Of a stretch of DNA of 64,000 nt, positions 27,101 to 37,042 are shown piece after piece. Position numbers and translations under genes: made by a program. The stretch comes from a bacterium. Lineage in GTDB: Bacteria; Verrucomicrobiota; Kiritimatiellia; CAIKKV01; CAITUY01. The stretch lies in assembly GCA_037143175.1 (NCBI GenBank), contig JBAWZF010000001.1, positions 106,199-170,198 on the forward strand. Direction: 5' to 3'. Numbering within the stretch: the first letter of the stretch is position 1; every line of letters starts with the position of its first letter. The notes under the pieces are model-generated. The model saw nothing but the letters and a program-made list of their open reading frames with translations, was not told the origin of the DNA and made no database searches.

Positions 27101-28078
27101 ATGAAACGGATATTTCTAGCACTCGTGGTACTGGCTCTGGCGCCTGTTATAAAAGGGGGGACTGTCACCCTTGATGGCGTGGCAGCCTATGTGAACGATA
27201 CCGTCGTAACGGTGGGGGAGGTCAATGAGGCCATTGCCCCGTCTTTGCCTCAGTGGCGTCAGGTTTATGAGGGCGCCGAACTGACGGCGAAAATCAAGGA
27301 GGCTTTTGACGAAGCGTGTGACGACCTGATCAACGCTAAATTAATCCTGAAATCTTATGATGCTGACACTAAAATTAACAAAGACGGTGTCGATAAATAT
27401 GTCGAAAAAAAGGTGAGTGATTTCATCCAGGATCGTTTCGGCGGGGATCGACAGGAATTTCTCAAGGCGCTTCGTGATGAAAAACTTTCCATGGAAGAGT
27501 GGCGTCGCCGGATGCGGGAGCGGGTGATCGTTGGCATGATGCGGGGGCGTGAAGTGGAATCCAAGGTGGTGATTTCGCCCAGGGAGGTCCGGGAGATATA
27601 TGCCGCGAATCCCGTGAAGTTTCATCAGGAAGAACAGTTGAAACTCCGGGTCATCCTGATCCATGGGTCCACCAACACGGCAGATTTGGCTGTCCGTGAG
27701 GCGTCCGTGTCTACGGCGTTAACGCAGCTGAAGTCCGGGATCGATTTTGCCGACATGGCCAAGAAGCTATCTGAGGATGGTAAGGCGCAACAAGGTGGGG
27801 ATTGGGGTTGGGTTGAAACAAAAGATCTTCGCCCTGAATTGACCGCTTCGCTGTCCAAGCTCGCCACAAACACGATTAGCGGCATCATTCGTATGGATGG
27901 CGATTTCTATCTGGTTAAGGTGGAGGATCGGCATCCGTCGGGAACCTTGCCCTTTGAAGTGGTAAGGGCTTCTATTGAGAAGGACTTGCGCCGGAAAGAA
28001 ATCCGGAATCTTACCTCGGTGTGGATCGCACGGTTAAGAAAAGATGCCTATATCAAGCTTGTTGAACCGGGCCCTTGA
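27101..28078 (+). CDS. Parvulin-type peptidyl-prolyl cis-trans isomerase (SurA/PpiC-like periplasmic chaperone)
   Basis: A signal peptide and a SurA-N-like domain are followed by a PpiC rotamase domain (LRVILIHG...DFADMAKKLSEDGKAQQGGDWGWV...GDFYLVKVEDR). Confidence 0.8.
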   Translation: MKRIFLALVVLALAPVIKGGTVTLDGVAAYVNDTVVTVGEVNEAIAPSLPQWRQVYEGAELTAKIKEAFDEACDDLINAKLILKSYDADTKINKDGVDKYVEKKVSDFIQDRFGGDRQEFLKALRDEKLSMEEWRRRMRERVIVGMMRGREVESKVVISPREVREIYAANPVKFHQEEQLKLRVILIHGSTNTADLAVREASVSTALTQLKSGIDFADMAKKLSEDGKAQQGGDWGWVETKDLRPELTASLSKLATNTISGIIRMDGDFYLVKVEDRHPSGTLPFEVVRASIEKDLRRKEIRNLTSVWIARLRKDAYIKLVEPGP

Positions 28079-28097
28079 TGGGTTTTGATCGGAGTCC

Positions 28098-28961
28098 ATG
28101 GTGAATCTTACAAGCCCTTCTCAAGTTCTGGCATTGCTCCATCTTCGTGGACTCACCCCGAATACCCTGCTGGGGCAGAATTTCCTGATTGATGCCAACA
28201 TCCGTGACATCATCCTCAATACGGCCGATCCCCAGCCTGATGACGTGGTGTTGGAAGTGGGGCCCGGACTTGGTGTGCTGACGGAGATTCTGGCCCAAAA
28301 GGCTGGTCGGGTGATTGCCGTGGAAAAGGATCGTGGGTTCCATGAATATCTCCGGGAGCAGTTTCATGATCACCCCTCCCTGTCCCTGATTCTCGGTGAT
28401 GCGTTAGATCTGGATGCAGATTTCTTTGAACGGGAAAAGATCACCCGGTTAGTTTCAAATCTCCCGTATTCCGTGGGAAGCCGGATTCTGATGAATGTGT
28501 TTACTCTGCCGCATCCTCCCGCCAGGGTGACCGTGACCCTTCAACTGGAAGTGGCGGAACGTCTAGCGGCGGCTATTGGTGCGGAGGCGCGCGGGTTGAT
28601 GGGGGTCTGGGCACAACGGGTGTACCACGTTGAAATCGTCAAGGTGATCAGTCCCTCCTGTTTTTGTCCGCGGCCGAAGGTGAAGTCGGCAGTGGTGCTG
28701 TTGAAACGGCTTCCGGAGGACGTGCTGAACACCGGCGATCGTAAAATGTTTGCCCGACTGACAAAGGAGTCCTTTGTCTTCCGGCGAAAGCAGTTGGCGA
28801 CGATCCTTTCGCGTGTGGCTCCGAAATTGGGATTTGAACTGGATCACGCCCTGACGGTGTTGGAGACGATGGGGGTAGATCCCCGGATCCGCCCTGAGAT
28901 GTTGGCTGTGAGCCAGTGGCAGCAACTGGCAGATGGAGTGGGGCAGAAAGGGGTATCATGA
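28098..28961 (+). CDS. rsmA: 16S rRNA (adenine1518-N6/adenine1519-N6)-dimethyltransferase
   Basis: LLGQNFLIDANI...VLEVGPGLGVLT is the SAM-binding motif I, and the protein is KsgA-length. Confidence 0.9.
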   Translation: MVNLTSPSQVLALLHLRGLTPNTLLGQNFLIDANIRDIILNTADPQPDDVVLEVGPGLGVLTEILAQKAGRVIAVEKDRGFHEYLREQFHDHPSLSLILGDALDLDADFFEREKITRLVSNLPYSVGSRILMNVFTLPHPPARVTVTLQLEVAERLAAAIGAEARGLMGVWAQRVYHVEIVKVISPSCFCPRPKVKSAVVLLKRLPEDVLNTGDRKMFARLTKESFVFRRKQLATILSRVAPKLGFELDHALTVLETMGVDPRIRPEMLAVSQWQQLADGVGQKGVS

Positions 28962-31459
28962 GTGGTGAAACATTGACGCCAATGATGTCGCAGTATCGGC
29001 AGATTCGAAACAAGCTGCCTGCGGATACGATTCTTTTTTTCCGGCTTGGCGATTTTTATGAAATGTTTTTTGAGGATGCCAAGGAGGCCGCACAGATTTT
29101 GGATATCACCCTGACGCGACGCCAGAGCATTCCCATGTGCGGAATTCCTTTCCATGCGGTTGACGGGTATCTGGCCAAGTTGATCCGGGCTGGAAAGAAA
29201 GTGGCCATTTGTGAACAGGTTGAAGATCCCGCCATGACCAAAGGCATTGTCCGGAGAGAAGTCACGGGCATCGTGACTCCCGGGACTGTGATGCAGGATG
29301 CGATTCTGACTTCGGTTCAGAATAACTATCTTGGAGGATTTTGCCGAAGCGGGGATGTGTTTGGCCTGGCCTTACTGGACATTTCCACGGGTGCCTTCTG
29401 GGTGGAAGAATCTTCCGATGCCGGCATTCTGGTGGATACACTGAAACAATTCGGTCCGCGTGAATGTGTGTTTCCGGCTGAGCAGATGTCTGATCCGGTG
29501 ATGAAAGCCCTGATTGCCTCGCTCGACAGGATTGTCATTACCAGCAGTGAAGACTGGGTATTCCGTTACGATGTGGCGCGCGATCGGTTGATCCGCCATT
29601 TTGCGGTTCATTCGCTGGATGGGTTTGGCTGTGAGCAAATGTCTGCGGCCGTCGGGGCCGCCGGGGGCGTGTTGTACTACGTTCAAGATGAGCTGAAGCG
29701 AGATCTCAAGCATGTCCGTTCTCTGCGGGTGAGTAATCCAGCTGAATTCATGATGATTGACCAGGCGACCTGTATGAATCTGGATTTGGTGCCGCGCCGG
29801 AATGAGGAACGGCGTGACTCGGTGACGTTGTTGGGGACGCTGGATCAAACCAAAACGCCAATGGGAGCCCGGTTGATGCGCGAATGGATTCTGCGGCCTT
29901 TGGCCGATGTGAAGGGCATTGAGCGCCGTCTCGATGCCGTTGAGGCCTTGATGCGGGATCGGACGTTGTTGCATGATATTCGTGAGCGATTTACGGGAAT
30001 CCGCGACTTGGAACGATTGGTGGCGCGCTTGAGCGCGGGAAGCGGGAATGGCCGTGATTTGAAGGGGATGGGATCCTCCCTGTCCGCCTTGCCGGAGCTG
30101 CGGAATTTGGTGGTGGATCACCCGGTGGTGCTATTGAAGCAGTTGGGTGGTGAGATGCGCCTGTTGCCGGAACTTGCGGCGCTGATCGAGCAGGCGATTG
30201 AAGATGAACCCCCAATCACCTTGAAAGAGGGGGGCATCATCCGCAAGGGCTTCAGCCCTGAGTTGGATGAGCTTCGCGTGGCGGCCAGCGAAGGCCGGCA
30301 GTGGTTGGCGGAGTTTCAGACCCGTGAACAGGCCCGGACTGGGATCAAAACGCTGAAGGTCCGCTTCAATAAGGTATTTGGCTATTACATTGAGATTTCC
30401 AAGGGACAACTGGCGAACGCGCCGGATGATTATATTCGCAAGCAGACGCTCGTGAATGGGGAGCGATTTGTAACCCCGGAACTCAAGGAGTATGAACGCA
30501 AGATCACCGGAGCACAGGAACGTGCCGAAGCCCTGGAATATGAGTTATTTGTGGAGATTCGAGACAAAGTGGTGGAGCAGACCGCTGCGATTCAGCAGAC
30601 TGCCACCGCCCTCGCTCAAACCGATGTCCTGTCCGCCTTGGCGGAACGCGCGGTCATGGGGCGCTATGTGCGGCCTCGCATTTCAGCGGATGATCAAGTC
30701 TCTATCAAGGATGGCCGTCACCCGGTGATTGAAGGGATGTCGGGAGCGGAGCGCTTTGTTCCCAACGATACTCTGCTGAATGGGACCGATTCGCAGCTGA
30801 TTGTGCTGACCGGGCCCAATATGGCCGGAAAGTCCACCTACATCCGGCAGGTGGCACTGATTGTGATTATGGCCCAGATGGGGTCCTTTGTGCCGGCTTC
30901 TTCCGCTGAGATTGGCGTGGTGGATCAGGTGTTCACCCGGGTTGGCGCAAGCGACGATATTGCGCGAGGGCGCAGTACCTTCATGGTCGAGATGCAGGAA
31001 ACAGCCAACATTCTCAATAATGCCACCTCGCGGAGCTTGATTATCCTGGATGAAATCGGACGCGGAACCAGCACCTTTGATGGGATCAGTATCGCCTGGG
31101 CGGTGGCGGAATACCTGCACAATAATCCCAAGGCGAAGGCGAAGACGCTTTTTGCAACCCATTATCACGAGCTGACGGATTTGGCGCTGACCATGAACGG
31201 AGTCAGGAATTACAATGTGGTGGTGCGTGAGCGGAATGACCAGATTGTGTTCCTGCGCAAGATTGTGCCGGGCGCTGCCGATAAGAGCTATGGGATTCAG
31301 GTCGCCCGCTTGGCCGGTTTGCCCGGTGAAGTGATTGACCGCGCTAAAGAAATTCTTGCGAACCTGGAAGAGGGTGAATTCAGCGATGCCGGCCAACCCA
31401 AATTAGCCCGCCAGAAACGCAAACCCCGTGACTCCGCCCAGATGTCATTGTTCGGGTAA
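28958..31459 (+). CDS. mutS: DNA mismatch repair protein MutS
   Basis: The N-terminal mismatch-recognition region is TPMMSQYRQIRNKLPADTILFFRLGDFYEMFFEDA. The Walker A is LTGPNMAGKSTY. The ATG overlaps the rsmA stop (ATGA). Confidence 0.95.
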   Translation: MSGETLTPMMSQYRQIRNKLPADTILFFRLGDFYEMFFEDAKEAAQILDITLTRRQSIPMCGIPFHAVDGYLAKLIRAGKKVAICEQVEDPAMTKGIVRREVTGIVTPGTVMQDAILTSVQNNYLGGFCRSGDVFGLALLDISTGAFWVEESSDAGILVDTLKQFGPRECVFPAEQMSDPVMKALIASLDRIVITSSEDWVFRYDVARDRLIRHFAVHSLDGFGCEQMSAAVGAAGGVLYYVQDELKRDLKHVRSLRVSNPAEFMMIDQATCMNLDLVPRRNEERRDSVTLLGTLDQTKTPMGARLMREWILRPLADVKGIERRLDAVEALMRDRTLLHDIRERFTGIRDLERLVARLSAGSGNGRDLKGMGSSLSALPELRNLVVDHPVVLLKQLGGEMRLLPELAALIEQAIEDEPPITLKEGGIIRKGFSPELDELRVAASEGRQWLAEFQTREQARTGIKTLKVRFNKVFGYYIEISKGQLANAPDDYIRKQTLVNGERFVTPELKEYERKITGAQERAEALEYELFVEIRDKVVEQTAAIQQTATALAQTDVLSALAERAVMGRYVRPRISADDQVSIKDGRHPVIEGMSGAERFVPNDTLLNGTDSQLIVLTGPNMAGKSTYIRQVALIVIMAQMGSFVPASSAEIGVVDQVFTRVGASDDIARGRSTFMVEMQETANILNNATSRSLIILDEIGRGTSTFDGISIAWAVAEYLHNNPKAKAKTLFATHYHELTDLALTMNGVRNYNVVVRERNDQIVFLRKIVPGAADKSYGIQVARLAGLPGEVIDRAKEILANLEEGEFSDAGQPKLARQKRKPRDSAQMSLFG

Positions 31460-31935
31460 ATATCTCAGTAATAACCAGTAATCCCACATGAATTCAGATG
31501 TTACGGAGGCAGATGATGCAGTTTTCACAGCATGATACCAATATCAGCACGATGTAATCCGGGATGATGCCGCCTTCGACCCCACCTTCACTGTTGGGTG
31601 TCCGGTGACGATCAGCGATTTCGGCATTCCTTTCAAACAATCTCTCAGTGACCAGTCGGGTGGCGCCTACCATGATGAGCCTGGCGCCCTGGAGTGCTCA
31701 GGCGCGGTGTGCGGAATTGTTCGGGCGCCATTACGTCTATTGTCGCAAGCCCAAGCCAACTCCGGTCTGCATGGGTTTCAACGAGGCGGACATCCGCCTT
31801 GAGTTTCAGGAAACGCTCAAGTATGCCGGTGCCCTGAATACGGTCATGATTCTGAAGGATACCCATACTGTTGAAAATGAGCCCCAGCGATTTGCCCGCT
31901 GGGTTCAGGTGGGGCGTGATGAGTTCAGCTCCTAA
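31460..31935 (+). pseudogene. Possible degraded gene remnant downstream of mutS (short ORF fragments in two frames)
   Basis: ORFs 31605-31802 and 31648-31935 are offset by one frame and overlap. The 95-aa product has no credible start context and an unusual composition. No confident homology could be assigned by eye. Confidence 0.2.
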
Positions 31936-31950
31936 AGGGGTGCTGAGTCC

Positions 31951-34803
31951 CTAGCCGTTCCACTCCGCTCCATTGACCCAAATGCGGGTGAAGGTCTGCC
32001 AGTCTGGATTGCGGACGATACGCCAATGGACGGATGAGGGCATGTCCACCTGAATATGCAAGTCACCGCCTTTGATACGCCATCCGACGTGTAGCGGACC
32101 ATGTGGCGAGGCGCTGGCGCCTTCTGCCCATTCCAGATCGCAAGGGTGCGGGCTGACCATCACCTCGGTGGCGCCCGGCGCGGCGGGCAAGATTCCCAGC
32201 ACACTGCGGTTGAGCACATACACGGGAGTGGAGGACCAGGCGTGGCAGTGACTGCGGGTCGGTATTTTTGCCTCCCAGCCGCGGAAAGTTTCCCAGCAGG
32301 TAGTGGCATCGCTGTCGATCATGTCGCGCCAGGAGCGGCGGATCATGTTCAAGGCATTCCGGGCATCGCCGACTTTTTCCAGGGCTTCCATGACGTACTG
32401 TAAGGCGAAGGGACTGCCGATGTGGACCATGCCGGCGGGCGGATCCAGTAGGTTCCGGAGCGCGCAGGCGCGGGCGGTGTTATCCGGGAACACATCATGG
32501 ATCAGTGCCAGCGCACTGGTGTGCTGACTGAGCGTTGGGCTGATCGTACCGTCGTCACGGATGGCATCGGGATAACCGCCTTTGACTGGATCCCACAGTG
32601 CCACGATGGCGTTGTGGACCCGATGGCGCCAGGTCTCAAGCCAGGCCACATCATCCATGCGGCCAAGCTGCGCAGCCGCGCTGTGGGTGGCGTCGAGGGC
32701 CCCGATCAGGAACAGGGAGTTATGCAGCACGGTGCGGTGGTCCTGGTCAATGGGCGCCCAGTCGAAGAGATTCCAGACTTGGATGGAGAGCAGGCCGCCG
32801 CGCTCGGTGCAGTAGGCTTCAATCGCCTGGAGGTTCTGTTTCACGGCGGGGTAAAGTTCCATCAGGCCGCTGGCATCGCCGCTGGCTTGGTAATACTCCC
32901 AGACGTTTTGAACCCAGAGCAGACTCCAGGCGGTGAGGATGATGTCCCACCCGCTGGGCACCTGGCAACCTGTGATGGGCATATCATCGAGCGACTGTGC
33001 AGTCAGTCGCAGGCAGCGCAATGTGATATCATTGGCACCAAAACAGATGTTGTTGTAAAGCGATTCGTTGCGCGCGTCGCCGACCCATAACGTCTGCTCA
33101 TACAGTGGGCAGTCTGTATAGGTGTCCTCCATACAGAGGCGTAGCGTGTAGGCGCTGATCTCCCAGATCCGGGTGAGGAGCGGTTCGGAACAGCGGAACT
33201 CGCCCTGACGTTCCACGGGATAAGTGGCCAGGAGAAGGCGGATGGTGCGGATACGGACGGGCCCGGTCTGATTGCGCAAGGTCAGAAACAGATAGCGTCC
33301 GGCGCGGCGTTTCAGCGACGTAAATGCGTTTACACCCTCCCGACAAATATAACGCAATCCATTGCGATTGCCATTCGTGTGCTGGAGTTCCTCGCCGATT
33401 CTGAATTCAATCAGATTCACGTCCACAATGGTTCCGGCGGCCGCCTCCACTTCAAACTCGACCCAGCCGATCAGTTCCTGCCCGAAGTCGAGGCACAGTT
33501 CGACATCACCAGTGGCCGCCGGAGCTACCGTGGTCCACTCATGATTGGCCGACAGGAGCGCGGCGGGATCGTCAACTTGCGGGCTGGCGTTGTGTTGTAC
33601 TTCGCGGAAACGAAACTGGAGGGTGCTGTTGGCCAGGAACATCTCGCCGTGCGGGATCGGTCGGTACTGGCTGGCGGCGGCCGCCCGGGCAAACGAGGCG
33701 GCATCGCCACAGACGGCAAAGGGCTCGGCGCGCCCGGCGAACTCAGCGGGACCCGTGTCGTGGGTGGTGTTGGTGATATTGGAGGGGGGGACAAACCCGA
33801 CGGCGAGATTGATCAGTGCCCATGGGTTTGTATCCTCGGATGCGCAGGGGTTACGCCAACCCAGGTCTGTTACGTCATCAAACCCCAGGCCGAGATCGTA
33901 ACACCCATGGCCATAGTCATTTTGAACCAGCAGAGTAAGCAGATTATCACCCGGCTGTAATCGTAGTATGCCGTCGGTGACCTCACGCCCGCGGCAGAAG
34001 CAGCGGAATCCGTTTGTGTCGGTGTTGAGGCGGAGATCGCGGGAATGGTTGGACACTAGAAGCGTGCCCAGAACCGCGGCGAAAGGCATAATGTTCGCTG
34101 TACGATCCTGTGGATAGCAGAGATGCTTGAGGTCAAAGGTAACGATGTGTTGGGGGGCACTCACGACTTGCGCCTCCATCATCCGCTGGGGAAACACCGG
34201 CTCACGTGTCAGGAAGCGGACATCGCGTGGATGCAGATCCTGCCACGGTCCGGCACCGGCGGCATGGAACTCGCGGGCTCGAGGCCAGTCGCGATCATTG
34301 AGATCTTGACAAATTGCAGATGGAATTTCCTGCAGGGCATCCATCCATTCGGTGGCTTCCTGTTGGATACTGATGCGGGCCGTATCTGCGCGGTGTGCCG
34401 GACTGACACGGGCGCGCCAGGTTCGGTCGCTTTTGAGCCGTAACGACGTTCCGCTGCGGAATTGGACATCCAGTTGAGCCAGCAGGCCTGCTTCCTGCGG
34501 CACTTTGTGAAACGTGCTGTAACCGTAGTGGCGCGCGATGACCGCAATGACGTTGCGCCCCGGCTTTAAAAGATGGGCGACATTCAGTACGTCATACTGG
34601 AAATGCCTGGGCCAACTGCGACAGGGGCCGTCTTCAATCCAGTTGCCATTGATAAACAGGCGGTATTGTGAGTCGGCGGTGATCGCCAGCGTGGCCGTCG
34701 TGATCGCCTGCAGATGGAATGTTTTACGGAAAATTACGGTCTGATTTTGAGGACGTCGTTCGGGCGTGTCCGCCCAAATCCATTTTGCATTCAATTTATT
34801 CAT
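31951..34803 (-). CDS. Alpha-L-rhamnosidase, glycoside hydrolase family 78
   Basis: The N-terminal MNKLNAKWIWADTPE...VIFRKTFHL is typical of bacterial GH78 N-domains. A large (α/α)6 catalytic region is present. The total length is about 950 aa. Confidence 0.8.
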   Translation of the reverse strand: MNKLNAKWIWADTPERRPQNQTVIFRKTFHLQAITTATLAITADSQYRLFINGNWIEDGPCRSWPRHFQYDVLNVAHLLKPGRNVIAVIARHYGYSTFHKVPQEAGLLAQLDVQFRSGTSLRLKSDRTWRARVSPAHRADTARISIQQEATEWMDALQEIPSAICQDLNDRDWPRAREFHAAGAGPWQDLHPRDVRFLTREPVFPQRMMEAQVVSAPQHIVTFDLKHLCYPQDRTANIMPFAAVLGTLLVSNHSRDLRLNTDTNGFRCFCRGREVTDGILRLQPGDNLLTLLVQNDYGHGCYDLGLGFDDVTDLGWRNPCASEDTNPWALINLAVGFVPPSNITNTTHDTGPAEFAGRAEPFAVCGDAASFARAAAASQYRPIPHGEMFLANSTLQFRFREVQHNASPQVDDPAALLSANHEWTTVAPAATGDVELCLDFGQELIGWVEFEVEAAAGTIVDVNLIEFRIGEELQHTNGNRNGLRYICREGVNAFTSLKRRAGRYLFLTLRNQTGPVRIRTIRLLLATYPVERQGEFRCSEPLLTRIWEISAYTLRLCMEDTYTDCPLYEQTLWVGDARNESLYNNICFGANDITLRCLRLTAQSLDDMPITGCQVPSGWDIILTAWSLLWVQNVWEYYQASGDASGLMELYPAVKQNLQAIEAYCTERGGLLSIQVWNLFDWAPIDQDHRTVLHNSLFLIGALDATHSAAAQLGRMDDVAWLETWRHRVHNAIVALWDPVKGGYPDAIRDDGTISPTLSQHTSALALIHDVFPDNTARACALRNLLDPPAGMVHIGSPFALQYVMEALEKVGDARNALNMIRRSWRDMIDSDATTCWETFRGWEAKIPTRSHCHAWSSTPVYVLNRSVLGILPAAPGATEVMVSPHPCDLEWAEGASASPHGPLHVGWRIKGGDLHIQVDMPSSVHWRIVRNPDWQTFTRIWVNGAEWNG

Positions 34804-35201
34804 GCGAGGGACGTTGCCAGAACGGTGCCGGGAAATCAAGACCGGTGGCTGTCATGCGGCGGCCGCGTTCAAAGAAGTCTTCGAGGGTTTCGAACTTCAC
34901 TTCGGGCGGGAATGAATGGTCGGGGGGGGCTGGCATAGTTGCAGCCCATCTCCATGAGAGTGCCGATGGTACGGGTCATGACCATGTTCTTGTAAAGCCG
35001 AGGTTGGCATAAAAATACACTAATGTCGTGTCTTGTGTTTGTACGACAAAATTGTCGTCAAGCTGTAAGACTTTTCGAAGGCTTATTTGTGTCCCTGCGC
35101 TAATTCATGATTGTTAATTCAGTGATATAAGTGATTTGATTTTAACCTGTTGCGACATTTTGCGCTTTTTTTCAGTGGGATAAACCGGTTTCTCATGCAA
35201 T

Positions 35202-35217
35202 TGGTACACCCTTTGCT
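35202..35217 (+). promoter_or_regulatory. Putative sigma-54 (-24/-12) promoter for amt-glnK
   Basis: TGGTACACCCTTTGCT matches TGGCAC-N5-TTGCW at the GG and GC positions with correct spacing, about 115 bp upstream of the amt ATG. A perfect 7-2-7 dyad ACGACAAAATTGTCGT at 35043-35058 lies about 145 bp further upstream, which is the geometry expected of an enhancer-binding-protein site. Confidence 0.4.
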
Positions 35218-35332
35218 ATTGAAAATAAGAAATGTGTAAATTGGGGTAGGTCAAGCGAGTGACAAGATATTTGCCTGACAATGATGGTGAAGTGGCCATA
35301 TAGCGTAATATGAAAGCAGAGGGTATCGCGGT

Positions 35333-36685
35333 ATGAGATTAGCTAGTCGCTGGATGTGGTTTCTTGCGGTGGTGGTGGGGATGCTTCCCGCTATGCTCAG
35401 GGCTGGGGATGAGGTTTTCATTGCGACAACGACGGGTGGTCTCCCGGGGATCAATGGCGCGGATACCGTTTGGGTGTTGCTTTCCGCGGCGCTCGTGATG
35501 TTGATGACGCCCGGGTTGGCTTTTTTCTATGGAGGACTGGTCCGGCGGAAAAATGTACTCTCCATTCTGATGCAGTGCTTCATGATGTTGAGCGTCATCA
35601 GTCTGCAATGGGTCTTTTGCGGGTACAGTTTGTCGTTTGGCCCTGATTTGTTCGGGATCGTGGGAAGTCTGGAATGGGTAGGCTTAAAGAATGTGGGGAT
35701 GGAAGCGTCCTCTTATGCCCCGACAGTTCCTCATACCGCCTTTGTAATCTTCCAAATGATGTTTGCAGTCATTACGCCGGCCTTGATTATTGGTGCCTTT
35801 GCCGAGCGTATGCGGTTTGCCGCCTTTGTTGTCTTCAGTCTATTGTGGACGACGCTGGTGTATGATCCCGTGGCACATTGGGTTTGGGGGCAGGGTGGTT
35901 TTCTGGGCACTCAGGGAGGAATGGGGGCCGTGGATTTTGCCGGGGGCATTGTGGTTCACATCAATGCTGGTATGGCCGCTCTGGCTGCGGTCATCGTGTT
36001 GGGCAAGCGCAAGGGCTTTCCCGATGCCATCTCGCCGCCTCATAATCTGCCCGTGGCCGTCCTGGGCGCCGGGTTGCTGTGGTTCGGCTGGTTTGGCTTT
36101 AATGCCGGAAGTGCCTTGGCCGCCAATCATGTGGCCGTTAACGCGTTTATGTGTACCCATATTGCGGGTGCCGCAGCCGGGCTCATCTGGTCGATTCTGG
36201 ATTGGGTGAAATTCGGCAAGCCGACGACGTTGGGAATGATCACGGGTGCGGTGGCCGGGTTGGCCGCAGTGACGCCCGGGGCGGGCTATGTCGCGATATC
36301 GGGGGCCATCTGGATTGGCTTGCTGTCCGGGATCATCTGTTGGTTGGCGGTGACCGCTTTGAAGGCCAAATACCAGTACGATGATTCCCTGGACGCTTTC
36401 GGCGTACACGGGATTGGCGGTATCTGGGGAACCATTGCGGTGGGCATCTGGGCCACGCAATCGGTTAATCCCGCGGGTGTGAGTGGTCTTTTCTATGGAA
36501 ATCCGATGCAGCTTTGGATCCAATTGAAAGCGGTGGGTATCACGATGGTCTATTCGTTCGTCATGTCCCTGGTGTTGTTTAAGGTGGTTGATTTTGTGAT
36601 CGGCCTGCGCGTGAAGGAACATGAAGAGGCGATTGGGCTGGATCTTACCCAGCATCGTGAGTCAGGATATACCGTATTGGATTAA
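35333..36685 (+). CDS. amt: Ammonium transporter (Amt family)
   Basis: 450 aa with a signal-like N-terminus and the DTVWVLLSAALVMLMTPGLAFFYGG Amt signature. It has 11 TM segments. Confidence 0.9.
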   Translation: MRLASRWMWFLAVVVGMLPAMLRAGDEVFIATTTGGLPGINGADTVWVLLSAALVMLMTPGLAFFYGGLVRRKNVLSILMQCFMMLSVISLQWVFCGYSLSFGPDLFGIVGSLEWVGLKNVGMEASSYAPTVPHTAFVIFQMMFAVITPALIIGAFAERMRFAAFVVFSLLWTTLVYDPVAHWVWGQGGFLGTQGGMGAVDFAGGIVVHINAGMAALAAVIVLGKRKGFPDAISPPHNLPVAVLGAGLLWFGWFGFNAGSALAANHVAVNAFMCTHIAGAAAGLIWSILDWVKFGKPTTLGMITGAVAGLAAVTPGAGYVAISGAIWIGLLSGIICWLAVTALKAKYQYDDSLDAFGVHGIGGIWGTIAVGIWATQSVNPAGVSGLFYGNPMQLWIQLKAVGITMVYSFVMSLVLFKVVDFVIGLRVKEHEEAIGLDLTQHRESGYTVLD

Positions 36686-36696
36686 GAGGAGTAACC

Positions 36697-37038
36697 ATGA
36701 AGTACATAATTGCAATCATTCAGCCGGATCGACTCGATGAGGTGCTCGCCTTGTTGTTGGCGAAAGATATTCAATTGGTGACCGTATCCAACGTGGTGGG
36801 CCGGGGCCGTCAGAAGGGAATCGCCGAGGTCTACCGGAGCCATAAAGAAGCCGGCACCCTGCTCAAAAAGGTGAAGCTCGAGATTGCCGTCAATGATGAG
36901 TTTTTGAAGCCCGCCATGGATGCCATCACTGAGGGAGCGCGTACGGGGCAGACTGGGGATGGTAAAATATTCGTGTTCGACATGCAGGATTGCCTGCGGA
37001 TTCGTACCGGTGAAACAGGCTCCGTGGCGATCGGGTAG
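36697..37038 (+). CDS. glnK: Nitrogen regulatory protein P-II
   Basis: 112 aa, MKYIIAIIQPDRLDEV. The T-loop region GRGRQKGIAEVYRS carries the uridylylation Tyr, and the protein ends in a C-terminal GDGKIFV. Confidence 0.9.
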   Translation: MKYIIAIIQPDRLDEVLALLLAKDIQLVTVSNVVGRGRQKGIAEVYRSHKEAGTLLKKVKLEIAVNDEFLKPAMDAITEGARTGQTGDGKIFVFDMQDCLRIRTGETGSVAIG

Positions 37039-37042
37039 GTGT

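Noticed and set aside
35839-36655. 271-aa minus-strand ORF opposite amt, and plus-strand ORFs 35790-36209 and 36151-36384
   Set aside because: They overlap the unmistakable Amt coding frame and have an His/Arg/Pro-rich antisense composition.
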